A DNA stretch of 56,999 nt from an uncultured Candidatus Saccharibacteria bacterium (lineage in GTDB: Bacteria; Patescibacteriota; Minisyncoccia; Phycocordibacterales; UBA9973), in NCBI GenBank assembly GCA_964520225.1, contig CAZFNV010000005.1:1-56999 (forward strand), given 5' to 3'. Shown in pieces: positions 34,797 through 44,337 of the stretch. Position 1 is the first letter of the stretch, and each line of letters begins with the position of its first letter. Below the pieces are notes generated by a model that saw only the letters and a program-made list of their open reading frames with translations, had not been told where the DNA came from and searched no databases. Both the position numbers and the translations under genes were made by a program.

Positions 34797-35465
34797 CTAT
34801 TTATCGCCTTTCGTGTCGCGCACTATTTTCCCATTCTCCATAGTGATGACTCTCTTCCCCACAGAATCGATAACTCCCCGGTTGTGAGTGGTAAGCACAA
34901 CTGTAGTGCCGAGATCATTTATTTTTTTCAATATCTGCACGACTTCATGTGTGTTCACTGGGTCGAGGTTACCAGTAGGCTCGTCGGCTATGATAAGCTC
35001 AGGCTGGTTGATGATGGCGCGAGCGATAGCTAGGCGTTGTTGCTCGCCACCCGACATCTGGCGCGGAAAGTGCGAAAGCTTGTGGCCGAGGTCTACTAAG
35101 TCGAGCACATGAGGTACATCTATTTCTATCTCCTCATCAGTCTTGCCAGCAGCCTCCATAGCGAAAGCTATGTTTTCATAAGCAGTTTTGTTCTGCAGAA
35201 GTTTAAAATCCTGAAATACCACACCTATTCGCCGGCGGAGCTTGTTGAGTTCTTTACCATATAGCTTATGAACATTGATAGACTCAAAGAAAACAGTTCC
35301 TCCGGTCGGCTCGTCGTCTGCTAAAATCATTTTCGTTAAAGTGGTCTTACCGGCGCCAGAGTGTCCAACAATAGAGACAAATTCACCTGCGGTAATAGTG
35401 AGAGTGACATCATCGAGAGCCACTTGATTGTCATATTTTTTGGTTACATTATTGAAATAAATCAT
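34797..35465 (-). CDS. ftsE: Cell division ATP-binding protein FtsE
   Basis: Walker [13 protein letters not shown] signature [14 protein letters not shown], Walker [13 protein letters not shown]. Confidence 0.9.
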   Translation of the reverse strand: MIYFNNVTKKYDNQVALDDVTLTITAGEFVSIVGHSGAGKTTLTKMILADDEPTGGTVFFESINVHKLYGKELNKLRRRIGVVFQDFKLLQNKTAYENIAFAMEAAGKTDEEIEIDVPHVLDLVDLGHKLSHFPRQMSGGEQQRLAIARAIINQPELIIADEPTGNLDPVNTHEVVQILKKINDLGTTVVLTTHNRGVIDSVGKRVITMENGKIVRDTKGDK

Positions 35466-35491
35466 TTTGCCTAAATATTATAGCACAGTGT

Positions 35492-36376
35492 TTACAAATT
35501 CTTCTCAGCTTCGATAAATTCATCTATATTCCCATCTAAAACATCGTCGATTTTGGCAGTTTCAACGTCGGTGCGGTGGTCTTTGACCATTTTGTACGGG
35601 TGCAAAACGTAAGAACGGATCTGATTGCCCCATTCTATCTCGGTATTTTTGAGTTTCATTGCTTCTTCAGTACTTTTCTTCTCTTCTTCGGCACGTTTGA
35701 AGATTTTAGCTCGCAGAATCGCGAGTGCTCGCTCGCGATTCTGCTCTTGACTGCGCTCACCGGAGGCATGCACCGCTATACCCGTAGGTATGTGCACGAC
35801 TCGCACAGCCGTCTCGCGCTTGTTCACATTCTGCCCGCCCGGACCACCTGCTCGTGAGAATTCTATTTTGAGATCAGCCGGCGGTATCACAAAATCTCGC
35901 TCTTCAAGTTTAGAGAATTTTGGCAAAACTTCTACCAATACAAATGAAGTATGGCGAAGTTTCTTGGCATCAAATGGCGACACTCGCACCAACCTATGAA
36001 CCCCAGATTCTTTTTTGAGGACCCCGTAAGAATTCTTACCAGATATTTCTATAGAAACATTTCGGAATCCGTTGTGGTCATTTTTATTCTCATGGATTAG
36101 TGTCGACTGCCAGCCCCGCCTCCCTGCATATTTGAGATACATATTAAAAAGCATCCCTGCAAAATCTTCCGCATCGTCTCCACCAGCTCCAGCAATAATA
36201 GTGAGTATGGCGTTACCCCTGTCGTATTTACCCAAGCCTTCTTTTTTGTTTTTTAAATCTGCAAGTTCTCGGAGTACCGCCTGAGCCCGCACTTTATTTT
36301 CCCAAAAATTCCCTTGCGCCATCTCCTCCTCGAGCTTGCTGATCTCTCCATCAATATCATTTACATCTTCCAGCAT
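35492..36376 (-). CDS. prfB: Peptide chain release factor 2 (short N-terminal domain, no frameshift site)
   Basis: RVSPFD (SPF tripeptide) and GPGGQNVNK (GGQ). The ATG at 36376 lies 6 nt after TGtTATAAT. Confidence 0.85.
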   Translation of the reverse strand: MLEDVNDIDGEISKLEEEMAQGNFWENKVRAQAVLRELADLKNKKEGLGKYDRGNAILTIIAGAGGDDAEDFAGMLFNMYLKYAGRRGWQSTLIHENKNDHNGFRNVSIEISGKNSYGVLKKESGVHRLVRVSPFDAKKLRHTSFVLVEVLPKFSKLEERDFVIPPADLKIEFSRAGGPGGQNVNKRETAVRVVHIPTGIAVHASGERSQEQNRERALAILRAKIFKRAEEEKKSTEEAMKLKNTEIEWGNQIRSYVLHPYKMVKDHRTDVETAKIDDVLDGNIDEFIEAEKNL

Positions 36377-36404
36377 TCTGACATTATAACATAACAAAAT
36401 TTAA

Positions 36405-36436
36405 GGCCGGCGGCACCCTGAAGGGCACCACCGGCC
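36405..36436 (-). terminator. Strong GC hairpin terminator after the small GC-rich ORF
   Basis: Minus strand reads GGCCGGTGGTGCCC-ttca-GGGTGCCGCCGGCC, then TTAAATTTTGTT. Confidence 0.65.
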
Positions 36437-36457
36437 TGATCGTGCTCCCTCGTCAAA

Positions 36458-36634
36458 CTACGACAAGGAAAGCCTGTACTCGAAAATTGCGCCTGAGCCA
36501 AGACCTCTGGCTTCTTCCTTGGCCTCCTCTTCCGTCTTGGCCCGGAGGACCACCGGCAGACGCATGGACGCTGGAAGTTCACCCTTGCCAAAGAAACTGG
36601 CCATGGGCATGAACACAAACACTGGATACAGCAT
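36458..36634 (-). CDS. SD-led small ORF (58 aa) in a GC-rich islet, hypothetical
   Basis: GGAGGTGTAT precedes the ATG at 36634. Product is MLYPVFVFMPMASFFGKGELPASMRLPVVLRAKTEEEAKEEARGLGSGAIFEYRLSLS. A terminator follows. Confidence 0.3.
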   Translation of the reverse strand: MLYPVFVFMPMASFFGKGELPASMRLPVVLRAKTEEEAKEEARGLGSGAIFEYRLSLS

Positions 36635-36705
36635 ATACACCTCCACACTCCAAAATACCAAACTCTTCCAGTTTGTTTTACTTTCTCCGGATTTATAAAG
36701 TTTTT

Positions 36706-37518
36706 CTAACTTTTTGTTAAATTTATAACACCAGTAAAAACTGCCTCTGCCGGCCCGCGCATAATTATTTCCCCTTCTTCATTTTCTGACATTACTAGCC
36801 TACCACCCGGAAAATCTATGTTCACTTCTGGCTCTGCCTCACCGATATCACGCACCAACCGATACACCGCGCAAGCTCCAGACCCACACGCCAGAGTCTC
36901 GCCACAGCCACGCTCCCAGACTCGCACTTTGAATTCTTTTGAATTTACCTTTTCTACTAATTCCATATTTATCCTTTTTTTAAAAACCTGATTATTCTCC
37001 ACCGCCCGCCCCATGCTTGCAAAAGCATCGTATGACATTTCACGTATCCCGGAAGCGAAAGCTATAGCAAAAGGATTACCTAATGCTACAAAATGAAATT
37101 TTAAATTGTTGAATTCAAAATTTTCCGCCGGAAAATCTGGATGCTCTAAAGAAGCCCGCCCCATGTTCACAGCAAAAAGACCGCCCCCTTGACGAACTTC
37201 TTTTACTCCAGCTCTTGTCTCTATGTTGATAATATCTTTTTTAAAACCTAAATTTTCTAATGCAAATTTAGCCGTACAGCGCACACCATTACCACATATC
37301 TCAGCCAGCGTGCCATCTGCATTGTAATAATTCATAAAACAATCCGCTCGCTCGCTCGGTTCCACTAATATAACCCCATCGGCGCCTATACCTTTGTGCC
37401 TGTCACACAAAGCTTTTATCTGATCCTGCGAGAGCTCTATGCGGTCACGCACATCCATGTTATTGATCACAATAAAATCGTTGCCAATGCCATGCATTTT
37501 CGTAAATTCAAGATTCAT
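36706..37518 (-). CDS. dapF: Diaminopimelate epimerase
   Basis: FTKMHGIGNDF and the catalytic Cys motifs ICGNGVRC and ACGSGACA. Confidence 0.85.
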   Translation of the reverse strand: MNLEFTKMHGIGNDFIVINNMDVRDRIELSQDQIKALCDRHKGIGADGVILVEPSERADCFMNYYNADGTLAEICGNGVRCTAKFALENLGFKKDIINIETRAGVKEVRQGGGLFAVNMGRASLEHPDFPAENFEFNNLKFHFVALGNPFAIAFASGIREMSYDAFASMGRAVENNQVFKKRINMELVEKVNSKEFKVRVWERGCGETLACGSGACAVYRLVRDIGEAEPEVNIDFPGGRLVMSENEEGEIIMRGPAEAVFTGVINLTKS

Positions 37519-37612
37519 ATTATGAATTTTAACAACCCAAACCACCGCCTTTAAGTTTTCTTATATTAATGTTGTATTTGAAACTTTTTGTTAAATTTGC
37601 TAGAATCACGGG

Positions 37613-38281
37613 ATGATCAAAATACAGAGTGTAGTGCGGGATATTGTGCTTAGTGAGTTCGAGGCTTACTCGGCGCTCACGCTCGGCTTCATGAATATGT
37701 CGAGCTACGCGCACAAAATCCGCTCGCGAGTAGAAGCACTTTCTAAAAAGCAGGTTACTGTAGCCAGCCTCGTCGTTTCCCTCTCCCGCTTGCGCAAGGA
37801 GTTTAAAAAAGAAAAACCTTTAATCCGCGAAGTCCCGATACAAAACATCACCACCAAGCTTCCGATTACAGAGATAGCATATGAAAATGAAAATAAATTC
37901 TTAAAAGAATTGGAATCACTGAACAAAAAAATAAAAGTCTCACAGGAAGACTTCTTTACCATAACCCGTGGAACCAAAGAGGTGGACATAATTTGCTCGG
38001 CAAATTTAGAACAGAAAGTTTTGAAACATTTCAGTATGAAGCCGAAGTGGATAAACCGCAACCTAGCTGCGATAGGTATTTCTTATGGCGAGGAAGTTTT
38101 CGGCACGCCTAATGTATTCTTCTCCCTATTATCAGTCACCGCTCGCGCCCGCATAAACATAGAAGAACTAGTTTCCACTCCTACCGAACTCATATTTATA
38201 GTCGCCGAGCGCGACTTCGGGAAAACAGTTGCACTATTTTCTGATCTTCATCGGCAAGCGGAAAGCAAAACACGCTCTTGA
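37613..38281 (+). CDS. Hypothetical protein
   Basis: 222-aa clean ORF. TAGAAT lies 6 nt before the ATG. No family was recognised. Confidence 0.45.
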   Translation: MIKIQSVVRDIVLSEFEAYSALTLGFMNMSSYAHKIRSRVEALSKKQVTVASLVVSLSRLRKEFKKEKPLIREVPIQNITTKLPITEIAYENENKFLKELESLNKKIKVSQEDFFTITRGTKEVDIICSANLEQKVLKHFSMKPKWINRNLAAIGISYGEEVFGTPNVFFSLLSVTARARINIEELVSTPTELIFIVAERDFGKTVALFSDLHRQAESKTRS

Positions 38282-38353
38282 GCCGAAGGTGAGGATTGAA
38301 CTCACGACCCCGTCTTTACGAAAGACGTGCTCTACCAACTGAGCTACTTCGGC
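38281..38353 (-). tRNA. tRNA-Thr(CGU)
   Basis: Reverse complement is GCCGAAG TA GCTC AGTTGGTA GAGC A CGTCT TTCGTAA AGACG GGGTC GTGAG TTCAATC CTCAC CTTCGGC T. Confidence 0.85.
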
Positions 38354-38428
38354 ATTCCTGCATTCTAAACTAAACACCACTCGAAAGGAATGGTCTTTTC
38401 TTTTAGTTTAGTTTATAATATTACATAA

Positions 38429-38938
38429 ATGAGCTTAGGCAAATACATAGGTGATATGGTCTACGGGGCAAATGATGGCATCATTACAACTTTTGCTGTT
38501 GTCGCCGGAGTAGCTGGAGCAAATCTCTCGCCAAATGTGATTATTATTTTAGGATTTTCCAACCTCATCGCCGACGGCTTCTCTATGGCTTCCAGCAACT
38601 ACCTGGCCCGCACTTCGGAGAATGATTACAACAAAACTCTCGAAGGCCAGAGCGAGGTCACTCTGCATGAGAATCCTATTTACAACTCGCTCGCCACTTT
38701 CATTTCTTTCGTTATAGCTGGGGCAATACCACTCATCCCCTACACACTAAATACAGAAATCGACAGCCTGACTCTAGCCGTTATCTCAACTTCAGTAGCA
38801 CTTTTTGTCGTAGGTAGCTTGCGTTCGCTCGTTACAAAAGTCCGGTGGTTCATCGGAGGAGTAGAAATGTTTGCGATAGGCGCCTTCGCCGCCGGAGTAG
38901 CCTACTACATCGGCCACATTTTAGGCAAAATGGTTTAG
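38429..38938 (+). CDS. VIT1/CCC1 family iron/manganese transporter
   Basis: YGANDGIITTFAVVAGVAGA and a C-terminal TM bundle. Confidence 0.8.
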   Translation: MSLGKYIGDMVYGANDGIITTFAVVAGVAGANLSPNVIIILGFSNLIADGFSMASSNYLARTSENDYNKTLEGQSEVTLHENPIYNSLATFISFVIAGAIPLIPYTLNTEIDSLTLAVISTSVALFVVGSLRSLVTKVRWFIGGVEMFAIGAFAAGVAYYIGHILGKMV

Positions 38939-38947
38939 AATAAACTG

Positions 38948-39020
38948 AGCCGTTGCGCAGGATTGAACTGCGGACCTCGTCATTACCAATGACGTGCTCT
39001 ACCAACTGAGCTACAACGGC
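38948..39020 (-). tRNA. tRNA-Thr(GGU)
   Basis: Reverse complement is GCCGTTG TA GCTC AGTTGGTA GAGC A CGTCA TTGGTAA TGACG AGGTC CGCAG TTCAATC CTGCG CAACGGC T. TTGCAA-N17-TAGTAT lies upstream. Confidence 0.85.
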
Positions 39021-39067
39021 AAACACAAAATAATACTAGTTCATTTTGTGTTTTTTTGCAAAAGATT

Positions 39068-39811
39068 TTACTCAAGTAATGTAAGTGCAAGCATAAGCCC
39101 CACACCCACCAAGACTGCAATAAATTGCAGTATTGAGTTCTTTGCTTCTGTAGTTTTCTGCATTTCTGGTATCAAGTCCGCCACCGCTACGTAGATGAAT
39201 CCTCCCGCCGCTATCGGTAGCGACCAGACAACCAAGCCTTCACCTGCTCCACCGAGCGCAAATGCGACAAGAGTGCCGAGCACAGCCATTAAAGCAGACA
39301 GAAAGTTTAGAAAAATAGCACGTGCTCGTGAATACCCAGCGTGCAGAAGCACAGCAAAGTCACCTATCTCTTGTGGTATTTCATGAAGCAAAACTGCCAG
39401 GGTGGTGGCAACACCGACAGGCACGCTAACAAGAAAACTAACTCCAATAATGAATCCATCGATGAAGTTATGAAACCCATCCGAGAATAGAACTAGTTTA
39501 CCGACAGGGTGCACATGCCCTTCTCCTGCATCGTCGCTATGATGGTGCCAGTGTAGGAACTTTTCAAAGATCATAAAAGTGAATATGCCAGCCATAATCA
39601 GTAACCCAACGTTTGTCCCATTACCTATCTCCTCGAAAGATTCCGGAATAAGGTGGATGAATGCGTCTCCCAGGAGCGCCCCGACAGCTAAACTCACAAA
39701 AACGAAAATATATTTTCGAATGAAATCTTCTCGAGCTGAGAGTGTCGTAACCCCCACCAGAGAAACCAAACTAACAACGAATGTAGCTAAAAGCCCGTAT
39801 GCGTATAACAT
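39068..39811 (-). CDS. ZIP family zinc transporter (ZupT-like)
   Basis: HNFIDGFIIG, LHEIPQEIGDFAVL and a His-rich loop, HWHHHSDDAGEGHVH. Confidence 0.85.
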   Translation of the reverse strand: MLYAYGLLATFVVSLVSLVGVTTLSAREDFIRKYIFVFVSLAVGALLGDAFIHLIPESFEEIGNGTNVGLLIMAGIFTFMIFEKFLHWHHHSDDAGEGHVHPVGKLVLFSDGFHNFIDGFIIGVSFLVSVPVGVATTLAVLLHEIPQEIGDFAVLLHAGYSRARAIFLNFLSALMAVLGTLVAFALGGAGEGLVVWSLPIAAGGFIYVAVADLIPEMQKTTEAKNSILQFIAVLVGVGLMLALTLLE

Positions 39812-39820
39812 AATATTAAT

Positions 39821-40231
39821 TTATGAACATTTCTTACAGAACCCAAAAAGTTCTAAAGAATGATCTTGTATTTTAGTAAATGACGAGGAGTTACGTATTA
39901 CCCCGTGTAAAGCTTTCTCCACTAAACCATTAGCAAAGTCCTCCATAGCACCACAAGAAACACAAGTAATATGATGATGGTGCTCATGGCAAAGCTCGAA
40001 ATAAACTGAATCCTTACGGAGGTCTATGCGACGCAAAATACCCGCCTTAGTAAAAGATAGTAGCGTGCGATAAACAGTAGCTTCGTTTATGCCCGCATAT
40101 TTTTTATGTCGGCTGATGACTTGAAACACCCCTTCTGCGCTCAGTGGCTTTCGAGCCACCTGGAAGGTGTTCAAGATAGCCAGCCGCGCAGGAGTAACTT
40201 TCAAGCCTTTTGCACGCAATAAATCCTCCAT
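39821..40231 (-). CDS. Fur family regulator (Zur-like)
   Basis: Winged helix followed by CHEHHHHITCVSCG ... FGFCKKCS. Confidence 0.85.
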   Translation of the reverse strand: MEDLLRAKGLKVTPARLAILNTFQVARKPLSAEGVFQVISRHKKYAGINEATVYRTLLSFTKAGILRRIDLRKDSVYFELCHEHHHHITCVSCGAMEDFANGLVEKALHGVIRNSSSFTKIQDHSLELFGFCKKCS

Positions 40232-40250
40232 TTAGGGAGTATATACTAAA

Positions 40251-40265
40251 TGCAAATCATTTGCA
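40251..40265. promoter_or_regulatory. Candidate Fur/Zur box in the zur promoter
   Basis: Perfect 7-1-7 palindrome TGCAAAT-c-ATTTGCA, 20 nt upstream of the zur ATG and next to TATATACT. Confidence 0.5.
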
Positions 40266-40274
40266 AGTGGATAA

Positions 40275-41378
40275 CTAGGCGCTCTGCTTGGTGTGGAGCA
40301 CATAAACCGCAAGCAGTGTGGTTATCGGCACGGTTAAAATAAGCCCGATACTGCCCACCACTGTTCGGATTATTTCCGTGGCAAATATTTCTTGGTTGAT
40401 AATATTACCTATCGAAGTATCGGAGAATTGAAAGAGTAGAAGTATAGGCAGAGCCGCACCAGTGTAAGCCAGAGCGAGAGTGTTGATCAGTGCGCCTATG
40501 TGATCCCGCCCTACACTCAGCGCTTTCTTGTATACATCGGTGCGTGATAAATGTGACGCAGAATCATAGATCTCTCGCACGACGGCGACTTGAGTTACAG
40601 CTATGTCGTCAAGTACACCCAAGACTCCGATCATCATCCCACCGAGCAGAAGCCCTGTGAAGTCTAGAGCCCCCTGTGTGCTCAAATTCAGATAAAAAGC
40701 TTCTTCGCTTATAAGGCCACTGAGCCGAGCAAGCCCAACACCAGCATACGCCAACACCCCGGTCATACACACTGCAACCGTTGTCCCCAGAAAAGCAACA
40801 GTAGTAGTTCGGCTGAAACCATGCGACAAATAAATAGCTAAAAATAAAATTACTATCGAAACGAGAATGCTAGTAGCAACTGGTGGGTAGCCGGCGAGTA
40901 ACCCAGGAATAAGGACGTACAGAATTACAAAAAAGCTACCGAATAGAGCGAGTAACGACCGCAGACCTTGCGCACCAGAGAAAATCAAAACAACTACAAT
41001 AAAAAGGCCGATGAAAAATAAAATCACCGACAAACGATCAACGTCTTTCACCGCATACACCTCCCTACCACTGAAAATATCGACACTATGATAAAGGAAA
41101 AATTTATCTCCCGCTTCGAGCGCTACATAGTCATTCTCCATCTCTACCACTTCCCCATTCCGCTCACCCTCAATTATCCGGACAGAGATAGTTTGGGAAC
41201 TGTGCTCTATATCTGTGCCTGGTATATTGCCTTTCGTCTCATTTAGAACCTCGAGCACCTCGGCCCGCAGTATTTCCACCTTGTCTGGCACGATCTCCTG
41301 CGCCAGAGAAAAAGCTGGCACAAAAAATAGAGCCAAAAAATATGCAATAAGAAATTTGCCGAAAAATTTAATTACCAT
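40275..41378 (-). CDS. YibE/F family membrane protein
   Basis: An N-terminal extracytoplasmic domain followed by about 7 TM segments. The ATG at 41378 is preferred over the TTG at 41393. Confidence 0.6.
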   Translation of the reverse strand: MVIKFFGKFLIAYFLALFFVPAFSLAQEIVPDKVEILRAEVLEVLNETKGNIPGTDIEHSSQTISVRIIEGERNGEVVEMENDYVALEAGDKFFLYHSVDIFSGREVYAVKDVDRLSVILFFIGLFIVVVLIFSGAQGLRSLLALFGSFFVILYVLIPGLLAGYPPVATSILVSIVILFLAIYLSHGFSRTTTVAFLGTTVAVCMTGVLAYAGVGLARLSGLISEEAFYLNLSTQGALDFTGLLLGGMMIGVLGVLDDIAVTQVAVVREIYDSASHLSRTDVYKKALSVGRDHIGALINTLALAYTGAALPILLLFQFSDTSIGNIINQEIFATEIIRTVVGSIGLILTVPITTLLAVYVLHTKQSA

Positions 41379-41407
41379 AATATTCACCCGCAACCTAAAC
41401 AGAAAAT

Positions 41408-41770
41408 TTATTTCTGGGATTTGTAGAAATAGTACAAAGCAAGAGGCGCAGCCCAGTTAGCAAATCTTTCGATGAAGTCCCATATTGGCATGCCCACTAG
41501 TGGCCTTACAAGAGCTGTCCAAAAACCCCAAAAAGCCATCCACAATAGAACAGGTCTTACTGGCTTAACTAAGACTAAAACTGCTAATAAAATATCCACT
41601 ACCCCAACCGCTAATATAAAAGTTGTAGCTGTTGCGGTATCGAGCCCAGTCAGTTGTTCAACCCATCTTATCCAATCAGCTTTCCCTAAAAGAGCGAAAA
41701 CTCCATGTCCTAAAAACTCGCCAGCAACACCAATTCTCAAAACCCATTCTAATTTTTTTGAATTAGTCAT
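41408..41770 (-). CDS. Small membrane protein (DoxX-like)
   Basis: 120 aa with four TM segments. Confidence 0.45.
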   Translation of the reverse strand: MTNSKKLEWVLRIGVAGEFLGHGVFALLGKADWIRWVEQLTGLDTATATTFILAVGVVDILLAVLVLVKPVRPVLLWMAFWGFWTALVRPLVGMPIWDFIERFANWAAPLALYYFYKSQK

Positions 41771-41868
41771 AAAAATAAATAATTAATAATTCCTATTAAT
41801 TATACTACTTTTTATTAAACTACCTAGCGCGACTTAGTGGATGGTGTTAGAACTAGTTTAATCCCCAC

Positions 41869-42294
41869 TTAGCGTACTTCTCCCAGGAAACGGTTATAAG
41901 TCTCTTGTTTATAAATATTTTGCTCCCCCTGTTCTTTTTGATATTCCGCATCATAAAAATAAAAAAAGGTTTCAGAAAAGATACTCTCGTTTGTAACAGC
42001 ATCAAAGATTACTTTTGTAATAGTATAACCATTACCAGCTGGATTACTCTCATATCCATTCCAAAGAACAACGCAACTACCTCTTTTTTTACTATAAAAA
42101 ATTTCATCGGGGTAAACATTGTCTATATCCCCGCTTGTGTAATAAGTACGTATACGCTCTGATGCTTGATTTTTAAATTCAGCACAGAATGCATTATTTT
42201 TTAATGAAGCACCCGAGAAAAACAATAAGAATACATTTAGGGATAGAGAAATAACGAGGACAATTGGCAACGAATCCCATAGTTTTTTATTCAT
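41869..42294 (-). CDS. Hypothetical anchored protein
   Basis: 141 aa with an N-terminal TM segment, in AT-rich DNA. Confidence 0.45.
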   Translation of the reverse strand: MNKKLWDSLPIVLVISLSLNVFLLFFSGASLKNNAFCAEFKNQASERIRTYYTSGDIDNVYPDEIFYSKKRGSCVVLWNGYESNPAGNGYTITKVIFDAVTNESIFSETFFYFYDAEYQKEQGEQNIYKQETYNRFLGEVR

Positions 42295-42485
42295 AGTTAG
42301 AGTTTAACAGACGGGGGTCATCAAGTCGAGTTTTCCAACGTTATAGAGATATGACATTTTCGCACATACTAAATGGTTAAAAACGTTAATAAACGGCAGA
42401 AATCATGGAAAATGGTGGATGACTCCCCTGATAAACAGGGCAATCACAGGGGATGGTCTAGGCTGAAGAACAGCATAGATAACAG

Positions 42486-42632
42486 CTAGGGCTTCTTTTT
42501 TATCACATCAAAATAATCTTCCAAAGAAAACTCTGCGAACTCATATAAGTAAGTCCTAATTTCTTCAATTTCCTTATCGGAATACTTTTCGCCACCACTC
42601 AACAATTCCCTACATTTATTGATCGATATCAT
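42486..42632 (-). CDS. Small ORF (48 aa), hypothetical
   Basis: MISINKCRELLSGGEKYSDKEIEEIRTYLYEFAEFSLEDYFDVIKKKP. It shows weak resemblance to the ORF at 24130-24333. Confidence 0.2.
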   Translation of the reverse strand: MISINKCRELLSGGEKYSDKEIEEIRTYLYEFAEFSLEDYFDVIKKKP

Positions 42633-42717
42633 GCTGTTTTATCAGTATGTTAATCTTCATATCCATATTTTCCAACATACTCAGGGTATTTTTTCTCGAA
42701 TTGACTCTCAAGTCAAA

Positions 42718-43380
42718 CTATTGTGCCTCTGGAAACATACTTTCAGGACTATCTGTTGATAAAACATTTCGAACTATCAGCACAGCCCAAACCTCTTCAG
42801 ATTGTTCGAAACCCTCGTTATCTTTGTTTTTATAGTAATTTTGAATCTCTTCTTTAAATACGCGGTCAATATACTCAATTATACGTTCCTTTTGGGAACC
42901 AGATAAACTAACTGCCCCGTTTCCACTTTGCCACACTGACGATACAGCTGCTCCTAATATTTTCTCTCTTCCTTCTTTTAATTTTACGATAAATCTACCC
43001 ACTCCTTGATCTGTGGGATGTTCAATGATACTAAAAAGGGATTCGTTAGCCGCCTTAAGATCTGATAAGCCTATATTAAACTCTTCAACACTTTCTTTGA
43101 TGTAGTCTCGAGTGTTGCCACCCCAACTTCCTATAATTCGTGATGCATTATCGATATGCTCCTTCATGGAATATGCCCCTTCATAATAGTTATCGGTAGA
43201 GATAATATTAGTCTCCCTAGTAGCACTAATCTCATTTAATACTTTAATTACATCAAAAACGAACTTCTCGTTTTCTGCTCGCCTTGAACTAATAGTAGAA
43301 AAGTAGATTCCACCAATAATTAACAACAAGATTAGCGGACCAGATATTCTGGAATACGTTTTAAAATTAAAATTATTCAT
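42718..43380 (-). CDS. Hypothetical anchored protein
   Basis: 220 aa with an N-terminal TM segment, in AT-rich DNA. Confidence 0.45.
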   Translation of the reverse strand: MNNFNFKTYSRISGPLILLLIIGGIYFSTISSRRAENEKFVFDVIKVLNEISATRETNIISTDNYYEGAYSMKEHIDNASRIIGSWGGNTRDYIKESVEEFNIGLSDLKAANESLFSIIEHPTDQGVGRFIVKLKEGREKILGAAVSSVWQSGNGAVSLSGSQKERIIEYIDRVFKEEIQNYYKNKDNEGFEQSEEVWAVLIVRNVLSTDSPESMFPEAQ

Positions 43381-43428
43381 AATGTCTGTCTTTTAAAAAA
43401 CTTTTTAACCTCTATTAATTAAGCAAAT

Positions 43429-43938
43429 TTACTCGACAACTTTTGCTTTTTCTTTAATGGCGTCTTCCTCTTTTGGATACTTAGTAGTAATCCAATACCC
43501 CAAAGCCCTTACTCCGTAAATCATTGCTAAGTTTAAAACAATCATCAGAGCCGCCATTATTCCCCCGTTAAACAAAGCAACCAAGAAAGCTGTAAAAAAT
43601 ACCCCTAGTCCTAGGAAAATTATACCTACCAGAATTCCTATTATTCCCCAATACTGGTAAGTAATACCTAAGCAAAGCAACCAAAACAATGCTCCCCATA
43701 TATAGGTTAAATAATGAATACCGAGACCTGTATATATTCTCATCTTTGGCACCACAGAAATAAATACTAATAACAAAATTAGGCCAAACACCCATGTGTT
43801 TATCGCCGCAAAGAGATCAAAAAGATTTAAGAGGACCCAAAAACTTCCTTTCACGAAGAGAATAATACCCGCGAATACAAAAACCATAAGTATTAGGCCC
43901 GAACCTATTCCCCCTATTTCTTTAATTCTCTCAAGCAT
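43429..43938 (-). CDS. Polytopic membrane protein, hypothetical
   Basis: 169 aa with about 5 TM segments. Confidence 0.45.
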   Translation of the reverse strand: MLERIKEIGGIGSGLILMVFVFAGIILFVKGSFWVLLNLFDLFAAINTWVFGLILLLVFISVVPKMRIYTGLGIHYLTYIWGALFWLLCLGITYQYWGIIGILVGIIFLGLGVFFTAFLVALFNGGIMAALMIVLNLAMIYGVRALGYWITTKYPKEEDAIKEKAKVVE

Positions 43939-43950
43939 TATTATGTATCT

Positions 43951-44337
43951 TTACCAAAGCCAATTAAAAAACCTACTGATCCAGCCTTTCTTTTCTGCTT
44001 GAATGGTGGGTATTAAAGTTGTATTTATCGTTTGTCTGCTTACATTACTAACTGGAGTTTTATATTCAGGCGCTGGAGAAGTATATCCTGTGCCATTAGC
44101 ACCATATGTACTCTTTATCGGTTCTTTAGCCTGCGGAATCCCTTTAGACCTGTGGTAGTGGTACTCCCCAGTAGAAAGACCCCAATTCGCACAATTTGTA
44201 CGACAAGTATGCCCTCCCGAAGAATCTGTTCGACCAGGATGTGCAGATGAGATGTTCGGAGCTAAAAAAGTAAATACAATAACAATTGTGATTGATAATA
44301 ATCTATTTATTGTAATATTTCCCGTGATCTTATTCAT
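43951..44337 (-). CDS. YHYH-motif secreted protein
   Basis: AHPGRTDSSGGHTCRTNCANWGLSTGEYHYHR. Confidence 0.55.
   Translation of the reverse strand: MNKITGNITINRLLSITIVIVFTFLAPNISSAHPGRTDSSGGHTCRTNCANWGLSTGEYHYHRSKGIPQAKEPIKSTYGANGTGYTSPAPEYKTPVSNVSRQTINTTLIPTIQAEKKGWISRFFNWLW

Noticed and set aside
35492-36660. The GC-rich stretch upstream of prfB as the missing RF2 N-terminus or frameshift leader
   Set aside because: It is separated from prfB by a strong terminator and a promoter. There is no CUU UGA C site, and the encoded peptide does not resemble RF2 domain 1.
38354-38428. Riboswitch (for example Mn2+ yybP-ykoY) upstream of the VIT1/CCC1 gene
   Set aside because: The spacer is only 75 nt. 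Its TATAAT sits 9 nt from the ATG, leaving no room for a leader. The inverted repeats (CATTCC/GGAATG, AAACTAAA/TTTAGTTT) more likely serve the divergent tRNA-Thr promoter or terminator.
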